Positions 1 to 12,920 of a DNA stretch of 64,000 nucleotides are shown here, piece after piece. The first letter of the stretch is position 1. The number at the start of each line of letters is the position of its first letter. The translations under genes were made by a program, and so were the position numbers. Below the pieces are notes generated by a model. The model saw nothing but the letters and a program-made list of their open reading frames with translations. It searched no databases and had not been told where the DNA came from. This DNA is from Octopus sinensis. Taxonomy: Eukaryota. The DNA is taken from positions 169,136,001 through 169,200,000 of the forward strand of contig NC_042997.1 in NCBI RefSeq assembly GCF_006345805.1, given 5' to 3'.

Positions 1-1218
1 TACATGTCAGAATAGAACAGCAGACAAAATATATGATGATGATGATGGTAAACATGAAAGTGATTGTTATAAAAGCACAACAGGTGTACTGAAGACGCAA
101 AACCATGGCAGTACTGCAGGGCACTGAACTGTTAGACTGGTTAAACTAACCTCCAAGTGGACCAGAACTGGTATGAAATAATGAGTGGAGTGGCCAGCTT
201 TACCTAGTAATTGGCTGAGAAGGAGCTATTTCTGAAGTCAGGCAAAAGTAGCAAACACATCACCATTGTACTTTATTCTAATTACAATTTGATTATATCA
301 CTCTTCAGTTGCCTATGGAAAGGGTGCATGGCATGGCTGCTGATACACCAACATGTGCATGCGCTGCATCACTTATAGAGAATCCATGATGATTCTTATG
401 TGGATGTTGTTTCTGAGGCACATCTTTCTGCACCTCATTTTGTCAATAGGTCTGCAATCCTGGGTGGGCACCTGACATCTTGACTATCAACAGATGCTCA
501 CTACCTACTACCATGCAAGCATTGAGATTGGTGGAAATTCCACTCTAGCAAACCTTCCTGGAGAAACTGGGTAATGACAAAAGTGAACTGGCTAGTCTGT
601 TCTGAACTGGAGATTACCGTGAATAATTACCAGAAATCCTTAGCCTGACAGTACTTCCAAGGAACACTGCTGGATTAAAATAAACTCTACAAGCATAGAA
701 ATGCTGTCAGAGAGGCACTCAGAGGAATAAAATTGTTCTGCATACACTTGTTCAATGTTCAAGCATTGCTGTCACATGTGGGATAGATCTGGCTATCAGT
801 CAAGTCCATCATGATGATTCTCTCCATTCCTGCCTGCCTCTAACCAGACAGGGAAGGCAGTCTTCCTCTGTCTGGTAGCTATAGTGAAAAAGGTTGTGTG
901 GCTGGAAGGTCTGAGGATAGACAATCTCTCTTTGGTAGAACCCACCTTGACACAATCAAGGTTTACTTGAAAAGCAATATGAGGTTAGGGAGGGAGATGT
1001 TACACCCAAGTGAATTTATACTAAGATGGGTGAGAATTGCATAAAAGGCAAGAATGGATAAGACTGATCTAAATTTACACCTGTAGACAAAAAAAAGAGA
1101 GATGGCGAGAACATTTGCCCTAGGTGTTCTGAGTGATCTGTGAGGAGGTTCCTTGATTGGCCATAGATGTATCAGAGGGACTGTATCATCATCATCATTC
1201 TTCATTATTTATATACTA

Positions 1219-2870
1219 CTAGCAGTATCGCCCGGCGTTGCTCGGGTTTGCTTCAACCCGCTGGAATTGTAATTTTGAAAAGTAAAAATTTTGTGAACAT
1301 TTTTCTGGTCGAAATACACCGAAAAGTGGCGACACAGCAGTGAAAAAATCGTAAAAAATAGGGATTTTCATAGAAAAATGCATCTTTTTGATGTAAATAA
1401 TTTTTGGTGTTAACATGGTCTGATTTGAATTTTATGTTCTACGGAAGGAAGAGCAACCCTTCTTCTACCATACTCTCAATTTTGGTCAACTTGCGCCGCA
1501 GGGTCTCGGAGGAGATAGTGTTAGTTGAAGGTTACCATTCTAGGTGCCTGAGTAACAACCTCGCGGATTTACAGATAAATGAATTAATTACTATTTTACA
1601 GAATAAAATTAAATAATTCTTGAAAATTAATTAATATTAATATTTTTTGAACAAAGTAAATAATTTTTAAAACTTAAATAATAATTTTTTTTACACAAAC
1701 GCGAACGGGGAAAAGGGGGTGGCGAATTCGATTTACATACCTAAATTTTTTCTTTTTCATGACATTGTAGCAAAATAGTAGTGAATTATATAAATACCAG
1801 CAGTACATTTTTTTTCTGGGGTATTTTTTTTCAACTTCGTCACATATTTGCCCCTTTCAATTTAAACAAAGTCTTAATTAAGCAATTACGGCAGCTTAGC
1901 AATGGTTTCAATACAGGCGTGACATCTGTATCTCAATTGTTCAAAACCCTTCGAATTTTTTCGCACGTGATGATATCATAGTGAAAACTTTCAATTACGC
2001 GCGCTTAGAAGTACGCTCGCAAATTAATACTACCAAAATTTTGAAGTTCGCGCTCCGCTTGTGTGTGTGTGTGCGTGCTTTAGGTGTACGTAGGTATGTG
2101 TTTTTGTGTGTGTGTGTCACTGAAGCCATACATACATATATACATACATAACCTATCTCTCTCTTTTCTCTCTCAGTCACTCACTACAAAAAGTGAATAA
2201 AAAAAGTTCAGTTATTTCTGTCTTTCACTCTGTCTGTCTCTTTACACACACTAACAAAAGCACTTCACTTACACACCACACTTTCTGTGTCGCACAACCC
2301 ATCAAACACACACACACACACACACTCACGCACGCACACATGTACATCAATGCTTTCGGAGTGAAATGTTAAAATATTGAGTTTTCTCGAATTTTGTCTT
2401 AATTGGGGGTGAAATTGAAAGAAATATATTATGGCATGACCGAATGGAGTACTTTGAAAAATCTTAGGTAAACTCTAATTGAAGAAATTGTGTGAGGAGT
2501 AAATCGTTATGTATTTATTTGTTTCTGTTTGCTGTGTTTTTTTATTTTTTGAGTAGTGGTTTAAATACTTTCAGTTTAGTCTTCCTCAAATCACTCTGTC
2601 GCTATTTACTTCCATTTTATTCATTGCACACTGTGTGTGTGCGTGTGGTGTAAACCACATTAAGAAAAGCATTTGACATACACACCAGAATGTGAGTTTT
2701 CTGTAAATTTTGCTTAATTGGAGTTTAAATTTTAAAAACTGGACCTGGCATGACCCGATGCATTCTACTCTTAAAAATGCTAGGTAAATTGTAATTGAAG
2801 AAATCCTATATTGTAGATTTCTATAAGTTACAAAGGGAGGCAGATAAAATCTGTCTTTTATAATAAGAGA
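1219..2870 (-). mobile_element. Non-autonomous Helitron
   Basis: Minus strand reads A|TCTCTTATTATAAAAG...CCCGAGCAACGCCGGGCGATACTGCTAG|T: 5' TC, GC-rich subterminal hairpin, 3' CTAG, insertion between A and T, no TSD. No Rep/helicase ORF. Confidence 0.75.
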
Positions 2871-3076
2871 TATATACTTGTATTTCATGACTATTTTTTT
2901 TACCTCATTCAATTTTCTAAGTAAATCCCAACAGTTAATGCATGCCTTTGTAATTGTTTCTCCTCATTTGTTGCATTGGTGGCAAATAAAAGAAATCATT
3001 ATTGCTATCTTTTTTTGCATGAATTTCAAACAGTAAATAATGAAAGTAACAAACTATTAGGAAGCAAAACAATTAC

Positions 3077-3159
3077 CATTTGAGGATACTGACGCTTTCC
3101 AGTTATTCGTCCTGTTGTCGGTGGTGCACCTGTTTGAGAAGGCTGGGGTGGCATGGACA
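3077..3159 (-). CDS. SEC24B: Sec24A/B coding exon 4 (SMPPQPSQTGAPPTTGRITGKRQYPQM)
   Basis: Acceptor tttatattttcag|TG; donor ATG|gtaatt. 83 nt, phase 1 to 0. KRQYPQ resembles the KRVYPQ motif of yeast Sec24. The next exon lies outside the window. Confidence 0.8.
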
Positions 3160-4185
3160 CTGAAAATATAAATGGAAAAATTATAATAAAACTATTATTT
3201 TAAGATAAAATGAAGTAAAAACAAACAAAGATATCTAATATATTTACATAAGAAAACAATTCTGCAAAAGTTTTAAAATTTCAGCTATTGCAGCATGCCT
3301 TTCATAAGTGCATTCAATACTCTTGTCTCATTACCATACAACAAAGCAAGAAATAAATGAAAATCATTGTTGGAAATGAAATATGGCATTAGGAAGGGCG
3401 TCCAGCCGTAGAAACACTGCCAGATTAGACTGGGCCTGGTGCAGCCTCCTGGCTTCCCAAACCCCAGTTGAACCGTCTAACCCATGCTAGCATGGAAAGC
3501 AGACGTTAAAAAATTATGATGATGATGAAGTTTAGTTACATTTTATGCCAGACATGGTTTCTTGAGTTCTAGGTTTAGCAAGATCATGGTGGTATGGAGT
3601 TGCAATTGCTTCTAAGTTCTTGTAATTTCTAAAAGTTTTTCAGTACAGACATGTAAATACATACATCTGTATCTTTTACTTGTTTCAGTCATTAGACTGT
3701 GACCATGCTGAGGCAATGCTTTGAAGAATTTTAGTTGAACAAATTGACCTCAATACTTGTATTTTCAGCCAGGTACTTATTCTATCGATCTCTTCTGCTG
3801 AACCGCTACACTATGGGGACATAAACACACCAACATCAGTTTCAAGCAGTGGTAGGGGACAAACACAAAGACACACACATATATACTACGGGCTTCTTTC
3901 AGTTTCCGTCTACCAAGTCCACTCACAAGACTTTGGTTGGCCCAAGGCTATAGTAGAAGACACTTGCGCAAGGTACCACACAGTGAGACTGAACCCAGAA
4001 CCATGTGGTTGGGAGGCAAGCTTCTTACCACCCAGCCATGCCCAATATGCATACACATAAACATACTCATTTATATAAAAGGAAAACAATTCCCAGTATA
4101 TTTTCTTTCTACTGACATATAAAAATATATAAATATTTTACCGATTGTATTTAAGATTATGACATCATAAAATAAGAATGCTTAC

Positions 4186-4284
4186 TTGGATGACCACTTG
4201 ATGGAGTAAATTGCCCTTCTAGTGCATCATATGACTGACTAGCAATTGGAGATGGCGCTCGTGAAGATTTCTGTGAAGGTGGGC
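4186..4284 (-). CDS. SEC24B: Sec24A/B coding exon 3 (PPSQKSSRAPSPIASQSYDALEGQFTPSSGHP)
   Basis: Acceptor ttatcatttccag|GC; donor CCAA|gtaagc. 99 nt, phase 1 to 1. YDALEG matches the motif recalled from vertebrate SEC24B (YDALEG) and SEC24A (YDEIEG). Confidence 0.82.
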
Positions 4285-7200
4285 CTGGAAATGATAAATA
4301 TATGCTATCAAACATCACCATTGAATTGAGAATGAATAAAATGATTATTTAGAGAGAAAAAAGCATTAATGACAAAAGAAGGGAAACATTTTAAATGACG
4401 TGCAGAGGAATCAGGAAAGCTAAAAGGATAAAAGTTAAAAAAGGAAGGAAGAACAGATAAAGAAAAAGGTGAAGAAAATGAAAATGATAATTAATAGAGA
4501 AGCATGACATTCCAAAGGTACAAAAAAAAGTTATAATGAAAGATTCATTAAACATATCTGGTTCTCTCCAACTAACTAAATTAGAATTACAAACCACTTT
4601 CTTTAAATAATCATGTTAATAAACTACTTCGTTAAAAGCTAACCAGATAATTCTATAATATTAACAACTACAAGTGACTACATATGTTCAGCTTTCAACT
4701 GCATATATATTAAGTTTAAATTAAAGTGAAACATTATTTTCTTAACTTCAGAGTAAGTTGGAGTGTTAATGGATTTTCTAACTTTATGGTTATGCTATAT
4801 TAGCATTTAGGATTTAAACAGCTACTAATCTTTTTTTTTTAAGTTATACAGAATTTGTTAAAGAAGGAATATTTAGCTGCTACATCGATAAACTGAATAG
4901 TTACTAAAAGCCCACTTACTAACAAAAAAAAAATGATAAATTAACCACTGAGGATACAAGAACTCCATATTCTTTAAGAAGACTTCCAGAAATACGTCTT
5001 CTCAAATGCAGGTATCTGTCCTCTCATACGACTTCTTTCATGCAGAACATTCCAATTCTCCAACACTATATACACACAGAAATATTTTTACATCATACCA
5101 GAAACAGGGAAACACTAACAGCAGACATACAACAACAAACTTATTATAGAGAACACTGTCGTAAACAAATTTTGGTTCAAATAAGAACAAAGCACATCAC
5201 CCCATATACTAATCACAAGCAAGACTAAAGAATATTAGTTCAATCCATACATCAGGTTCATTTATCCCTTTTGATATGAACCTGCTTGAGATTGTACCTG
5301 GCCTATGATACAAGATCTGAAAACCTATCACAGTTTCATATCAATTTATGCTCCAAACACCAGCTAAATAATGACAATATTATTTTACAGAATTTTTTCA
5401 TTATTTTTAGAATCAAACAAAGGCAGTGTATTTCAACAAAAATATGGTACTGAAAGGGGTAAAAGTCACCATTCCAGAAGTTCAAAAGTACCACATTTTT
5501 AGGCATCACATGCAATACATCAACATAATTTATGTGACATAATAAAGCAAAACCAATATACTGAGTCTATATCAACTCAGTCCTACCTTGGCTTCCAACA
5601 TGTTCCTCACAAACCACAGAAGTAAAAAAAAAAAAAAAAAAATCAGTAAGCAAATTATCCAATAAGACATTAGTAAATAGCTCTGCCTTCCCTTTTACTC
5701 AAGTTTTCCAGTACTAATTCATGAGTTTGATTTTAATTAACACTAACTGAAAAATGTAAATACAGTCTTGCAATACTTCAGCCTCTTTAGCAATCATAAA
5801 CGAAATATTCATCATGCAAATCAAAACCCACAAAGGATAAATCAGTCTACGTATATAGCCATAGAGTTAAAAAGTTTACTCTTCAACCATATGGCTCAAA
5901 GTTTAATCTTATAATGTAGCAGATATCTTCAATCACAGCCTTGGGTCAACTAAAGCCCTGTCAGTGAATTTCAGTCAGTAGAAACTGTGTGGAATCCCAT
6001 CATATATATATATTTATGCAGAAAGAGAGACAGACAGACAGATGCACACATATTCATTCATCATTAAACATCCATTTGCCATGCTGGCATGGGCTGGCTG
6101 GTTCACCAGGATCCGATGAGTTAGAGGACCACATTATGATCTTCCCAATGTCAATCACATTACGGAGAGTAGTGGGGTACTTTTTTTGTGGCACCACCAC
6201 CAGAGAGGATGTCTTGCAATTTGCAAAACTAAAGGGCTTAAACAAGCCTCTAACGACTGAAGGAGAAAAGATAAGAGGATGTTGAGGAGGTGGAGAAGCT
6301 ATAAGGAAGCAACAGTGACAGAAAAAAAGAGATGGAGGAGTGATGGATAGCAGTAGGATATCAACAGGTAGATGAAAGGGGTCATCAAGGATGCAAAGGG
6401 CGGCAGCAAATATAGGCTTGGCAGCATATATAAATATATATACAGATGTAAATAACCACACAATATATACATACAGAGAGAGAGCCAACAACACATATCT
6501 AATAGGGTTGACTGAAACCAAACTGCTGGCTACTTGTAGTTTCCTTACATGAAAACCCAAATTAAATAACTCTACAGTAATAAGCACTATTTTAGTTTCA
6601 TTTGTTACTAATGTGTGTGTGTGTGTGTGTGAATAAAAACATATACAGGTTAACTGATTACGGGAAGATTCAAATATTTCATGTTGAAAAGATTGTGCTT
6701 GGAAACCACTGCATGGTATCCATTTCAGAAATATGTATGTTTCTATATGATAAATAGACCTAGAAGGCTGAGGAACCAAATTTCACTCAAATCACACTCT
6801 ACAGTCTTAACATGTGCATATATACCAAAATGAACCCAGTGAGACTGATAAAATAAGGAGAGTAGAAAGTAATAGGATAACTAAACAAAAATTGTTGAAG
6901 ATGGAGGTCCAGCATGGCTGCAATCCAAAACTTGAAATCCGTAAAAAGAATAAAAGATATCTGTGTAGAATAGTGATGCTAAACAAATATTTATGACACC
7001 TAATGAACAAAAATATAAATACAATATACTGTTTTGAACTATTACATTCAACAGAGATATAAAGACATGTTCAGAATGTTAAAGATGAAAGCTAACATCC
7101 AAGAAATCAAAATATGAATAGAAATAGAATATGTATATAAAATCAACATTACTAACAGGCAAAAAACAAATCTCTAACAAAGTAATGTCAGATGACAAGC

Positions 7201-7318
7201 ACCAGTGGAGTATGAAAATAGAAAAGGAATTCGAAAGTATTTGATAAAAACATACATTTGAATTAAGCAGCAACTAAACAAAAAAGAAAGATAGGTAAAC
7301 TATCACATCAGAAGTATG

Positions 7319-7363
<45 letters not shown>

Positions 7364-7649
7364 GTACATAGACACTACAACGCATGCATATATAGATACA
7401 CATATAGGTATTAAATAAAAATTTGTAATAAAATAAAGCAGCAGCGCAACAAATTAATAAAAATTAGAATATTTAATAAATAGCAGGGAGGATTCATTTC
7501 AAGCCAAGCTAGAATAGAATCATAGGCAGAAGAACAGCAACAGAATTGGTATTAGCAATAAATAATACAAGCTGGCTAGCAGTTAGTCTTTTTTTTTAAT
7601 TTAATTTTTTTTTTTTGTTGGATTTTTATTTTTATTACTTTTACCCAAC

Positions 7650-7772
7650 CTGAATTGCTGGTAGTCGACAAATAATTTGTGATTTGGTGTGAATACTGGG
7701 CTTGTCCATGGTAAGGAGCAGGTAACTCCTCTGGAGCCAAAGTCGTGGTGATGCTGGGTGGTCTGGCACCCC
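7650..7772 (-). CDS. SEC24B: Sec24A/B coding exon 2 (GARPPSITTTLAPEELPAPYHGQAQYSHQITNYLSTTSNS)
   Basis: Acceptor tttttatttccatgccag|GG; donor TCAG|gttggg. 123 nt, phase 1 to 1, in frame with both neighbours. Confidence 0.72.
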
Positions 7773-9903
7773 CTGGCATGGAAATAAAAACAGTAGCATG
7801 CTACCAATAGGCAAACACATAAAAGCAACATGCAATTATTTTGGGGTTTACAGGGCCAGCACAGCAATAAGAGTAGCAACATATGCTGCATCATGCTGCA
7901 TGGATACATAAAATGCAATTAATTATTCACTCTTTTGTTTCTATATATACAATACATAGTACAGAATTATAGCATGCTCACGAAACTATGCAAATATAAT
8001 TCAAGAACTATTATGTATACTGAGTGGAGTTTATGGCCTAATTACTCAGTTAAAAATCAGTATGCTTTGAACAGTGAAATTATTTGGGACACGAAGGTAA
8101 TTTTTTTTAAAGAGATAAATTCACTAACTTGATTAATACATAGTAGCCATTTGTTTACTACTCCTAAATAAGGGTATAAGCACAGATTAGGTGTAAATAT
8201 AAGCACACATTTTTTATGTATATACAAGCACACATTAGGTGTATGTACAAATACATAGATATCCATCCAGAATATTCTTTTCTACTCTAGGCAGGCACAA
8301 GGCCCGAAATTTTGGGGAGTGGGGTCAGTCAATTAGATCGACCCCAGTACACAACTGGTACTTAATTTATCAACCCTGAAAGGATGAAAGGCAAAGTCGA
8401 CCTCAGCAGAATTTGAACTCAGAACGTAAAGACAGACGAAATCCACCCAGAATATTGCAGAAGCAATATTCTGGGTGAGTAACATACTGGGTTTATTGAA
8501 ATATGCCTCAGTTTACCAAGTGAGAGAATAGGCACTCTATCTTTCCCTGAAAGATTTGGTGTTCCAGACTGTCAACCTATTTAGAAAGAGGTTTGGTTTA
8601 AATTTGTTAAACATCAAAGAAACTGGAGTTTCTTCTCAGTCCTATGAACACAACAGTTTTGGGAACTACTGTTTGTTCTGATCCAAATGTTTGGGAGTTT
8701 AGGGACAGATTTTTAACTGTCACAATTCTTTAATTGGCATAAAAATAAGGCCAGATATAATACAGTTTAATGAATAGAATTAAAAAGTTCATTTATATGT
8801 AAAACAGTTTGGATATTGAAAATTTTCAAACAAAACAAGATATATATATAACACATTGATGCCTACATGTGTGCACGTGCCTACAGATTAGACTAAAAAG
8901 CATAGAGCTGTGTGTATGAGTATATATCTATGCATAGGATAGGTTGGGTAGGCTAAAAACATGTGTGCATATGTGTGTGAATGTATACAAACATACATAG
9001 ATATACATATATATATATACACAAACACACACACATGATAAGCTAAAATGTAAACGTATTCCCCTATATAAATATTTCGAGGAAATAAAAATCAACTTCT
9101 TTCATAATATTTAAATTTATTGTTATCTTGACAAGTTTTTAAAACATCTTATAATTATTACTTAATCTAATGTATAATTAAAATGATTTTCTGCAGTTAA
9201 ACTTGAGAGAACAACTTCAAGAAATACTATTGTGTTATATTATTCCATGACTTTGAAATGGTAAGATTTTAATAAAATGACCGTTACTAAAAACTTTAAT
9301 GTCCTTCAATACTACACTGCTCTCTCTCCCTCCTTTATTACTTTTATAACAGACTACTCTTCAATCACTCAAAATGACCTATTGCATATACTTCTCTGAA
9401 TTTCATCTTCTCCCTCTCACACACACACATCACCATCATCATTAACATGCATTTTCCATAGTGGTTTGGGTTGGATGGTTTGACAGGAGCTGGAGAGCTG
9501 TCAAGGCTCCAATTGTTTGTTTTGGTATGGCTTTTACACCTGGATGCCCTTCCTAATGTCAACCACTTTACAGAGTATATTGGAAGCTTTTTGTGTGGCA
9601 CCGGCGCATAATATATATATATATAGATAGATATAGATATCTGTGTGTGTGTGCACATAAACACACACACACACCTTCCACCAGAAATCATGTAGAGACT
9701 CATTCTGAGAACTGCCATCTTATGAAACACTTTCTCCTATTTCATTTTTGTATTTGGTTGCAAGATTTTTGATGTGAACTCATGCATTAAAACAAATTTT
9801 ATTTATCTTGTGAAGGATCATTACATCAATAATAAATACATACACAGGTCCAATTTCACTTTTTTAAATTATTAGTCAACAGGTTTATTTACCCAGCCAG
9901 CTA

Positions 9904-10415
9904 CAGTAAATCCGCGAGTATAGTCCGCCCTTGAGTATAATACACAGGGGAATTTTAGGGGGCTGTACCTCTGAAAAACCTAAACCATGTGTATAATAAG
10001 CACTCCTTCTCTAACCTGTATCAAGGAGGTCTATATAACGTCCTTGGTTTGTAAAAATATATACAGTAACGTCCTTTATTATTATTGTATATATAACATA
10101 ATGCAAATGTGTAGCTTTTTTGTGCATTTTGTTTGCAGAAAATAAAGAAGTAACAGTAATAATGTTTAATAAATGTTGCTTACTGCAAGTTATGGATTAT
10201 TCTTTTATGACTTCATTGCTTTCAGGCTTAGCTTAAGGTATTTTTGCGCCTGACATCACAAAATGCATCTGAATAAGCATTGCCAGACAGCAAATACAGA
10301 CTCAGACATTGCTTAGAAAATATTTTTCACTTTTAACCTCGTATATAGTACGCACAAGGGATTTTGACCTTTAAATTTGGGGGAAAAAGTGCGGATTATA
10401 CTTGAGGATTTACAG
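9904..10415. mobile_element. Tc1/mariner-superfamily (pogo/Tigger-like) MITE, copy 1
   Basis: TA|CAGTAAATCCGCGAGTATAGTCCGC...GCGGATTATACTTGAGGATTTACAG|TA: TIRs and TA TSD. A close second copy is at 61278-61791. Confidence 0.8.
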
Positions 10416-11571
10416 TAATTGATTGCTTATTTAATCAGTCAGTTGTCTGTCAAAGTTCTTTTGGCACTATTTACCACCTCATCAATTATATGCCCTCCCA
10501 TCTCCAGGTTTGCTTCAAATCTGTCTGGTTAAATGACTAGCCAATTGACTAATAATAAAGTGAAATTGAACCAGTGCATGTTTATTATTGGTATATTGAC
10601 CCTCTCAAGATACAACACTTCAATTTTATATCAAAATCATATACTTTTGATACACAAAATTAACGAAATCAATTTTGTCTCTCACCATCTAATTAATTCA
10701 AAATAACTACCATGACCATTTCTTAGGCAGTACAATTAAAAACAAAAAAAAAAAAAAAAAAAACTTACAAACTACTTTTGTGAAGATTAAATTATGCCCA
10801 TAATATATGTAACTGGAAGTTGTAAAAATTCCCCCAATTAAAACAACTCCTAATAACTGCTCCACCTTACAAAATCCTATATTTATATTACCATTAAACG
10901 ATGATAATGATGATGATTCCTAAGTAGGAACCTAAAAAGAAAAAGCACCAAAAAATTTTTACTCTTTGCCATCATTTTTGATATTATTATTGTGCATCCT
11001 TATATGTTGCATAAATATTTCATTAAGTGCTTGTTAAAACCCTCAGCTCCAGTTGCCCAAGCCACAATTTTAACTCTATGCTGTGAAAAAAAAAACATTA
11101 ATAACTCTAATAATTAAATTCAGCCTATTATCATTATATAAAATTATAAAAATGAATAGAATCTACTTACCAGGAACCAATAATAGCATAACAGTTTAAC
11201 ATCATAAACCTCAATATATCAATATCAAAACTGACTAGACATGGGAACCAATTCTTGCCAGAAAGGAATATTTCAATTGAATTGGCCCTTAGAATAATAT
11301 TTAATTGACCTGAGAAAATTGGAAATAAAATCATTTTGAGAAGATTTCAGGTGAGAATCTGTAAAGAAAGAAAGCTAAATACTGCAAGTTCAGTGCATGT
11401 GCTACCATTTCTGCCAATTCCGCCAACCTGATAGCAATAAAATTCAAAAATAGAAAATGCCAGATTTCATAAATGTATGCTTTTAAAAATCAACCAAAGA
11501 ATTATAGATATTTACCGTTTCAATTAAGGAAAATGCTGTATATAACAATAAAAAGTATGTGTCAACTTTAC

Positions 11572-12433
11572 CTTGCATATGACTTCCTGGAATCTGTCCA
11601 GAAACTGCAGGTGGATTTGGACTATTATTGTACTGAGCATCTGGTACAGGAGGAGTAGCATGTGAAAGAAGAGGAGGTCTTGAACTTGTGGGTGGGGGTC
11701 CAATTCCACCCATGTTACTTGTGGGGAGTGGTGGTCTTGGAGTTCTAGTCATAGGTGGCATACTCCCAATAGCACTGCTGGTGTTTGGATTTACAGGTCC
11801 CATATTATAACCAGGTATTTGCTGATGCTGTTGCTGATTTTGTAATGGTTGAGATGGTAATGGAGGCCTCATAGATCCTGTTGTTGAAGGATGACCGGCT
11901 GCAGGGTAAGTAGGTTTGGACTCACTAGAAAAGGGTACAATATTCTGTGGGGGGCCCATGGAATTTTTAGGATACTGGGCAATGGAATTAGGTTCCATAC
12001 TGCTGGGGCCATTAACAAAAGGCTGTGAAGACATAGGGGGATGAGGAGCACTCACAGAAGAAGGAACTAACATTCGAGGCCCACTATCTGATGGACCATA
12101 TTGACCAAGTGAACCTACATTTTGGGATGAAGCATAATTATATGATTGCCCTGATGACATTCTGGGAGGCCCACTTCTAACTGTGTTCATAGCTTGAGAA
12201 TGACCTATAGATGGAGGGCTACTAAAACCATTATAACTATTTGAGAGTGGAGGCAGTTGACCATGTGATTGTGGATGCTGCTGTTGTGGATGCTGCAACT
12301 GGGTAGGAGGCATTGAAGTCATCCCACTTGGTACACTAGCTTGTGGTTGGTAATTAGACATTGGAACATTCTGTGGTGGACCAAAAACTCCAGGAGGTGG
12401 CCCGCTTTTCATAGGCATAGGCGGTGCTGACAT
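11572..12433 (-). CDS. SEC24B: Sec24A/B-type COPII coat protein, first coding exon (Pro/Ser/Gln/Met-rich N-terminal region)
   Basis: Acceptor tttcttttttcag|CA ATG (exon starts 12435, ATG at 12433); donor CAAG|gtaaag at 11571. Open frame MSAPPMPMKSGPPPG...GSHMQ, ends in phase 1. Identity comes from the downstream exons (YDALEG, KRQYPQ), recalled as SEC24A/B-clade motifs; no database search was run. Confidence 0.8.
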
Positions 12434-12623
12434 TGCTGAAAAAAGAAAAAAAATCAAGAAAATATATATTAGAAAGTCAGAAAATGCTAAATCAATTTTA
12501 TCTTAAATTCTACTTCTACCCTACCCTTCATTTTAACAAAATATTTATACAAACCTTGAATTGCAATTAACCAAGTAAATAAATTTGCAGGTTCACTATA
12601 CAAATATAGAAAGACATTAACAA

Positions 12624-12920
12624 GGCGTAGGAGTGGCTGTGTGGTAAGTAGCTTGCTTACCAACCACATGGTTCTGGGTTTAGTCCCACTGCGTGGCACC
12701 TTGGGCAAGTGTCTTCTACTATAGCCTCGGGCCGACTAAAGCCTTGTGAGTGGATTTGGTAGATGGAAACTGAAAGAATCCCATCGTATATGCTGGTGTA
12801 TTTACATTCCTGTAACTTAGCGGCTCGGCAAAAGAGGTACTAGTCTTCCAAAGAATAAGTCCTGGGTTGATTTGCTTGACTAAAGGCCACAGTCAAATGA
12901 TTGAAACGAGTAAAAGAGTA
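12624..12920 (+). mobile_element. tRNA-derived SINE, family A
   Basis: Head GGCGTAGGAGTGGCTGTGTGGTAAG (A-box) and GGTTTAGTCCC (B-box-like); body GGGCAAGTGTCTTCT; GAGTAAAA tail. Confidence 0.8.

Noticed and set aside
240-1200. Higher-complexity stretch that might be a Sec24 exon or LINE remnant
   Set aside because: No Sec24-like peptide with proper splice sites and no recognisable RT/endonuclease motif, so it is left unclassified.
6054-6779. 241-aa minus-strand ORF
   Set aside because: It runs through a (CA)n tract, GA-rich low-complexity DNA and an RTE 3'UTR. There is no convincing donor and no recognisable domain.
11483-11571. C-terminal extension and MIFFLFS start of the 324-aa ORF 11483-12457
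   Set aside because: These are intron read-through on either side of the real exon, which has a clear acceptor at 12435 and donor at 11571.
12624-12700. tRNA-like heads of SINEs as tRNA genes
   Set aside because: A/B boxes are present but there is no complete cloverleaf, and they continue into SINE bodies.
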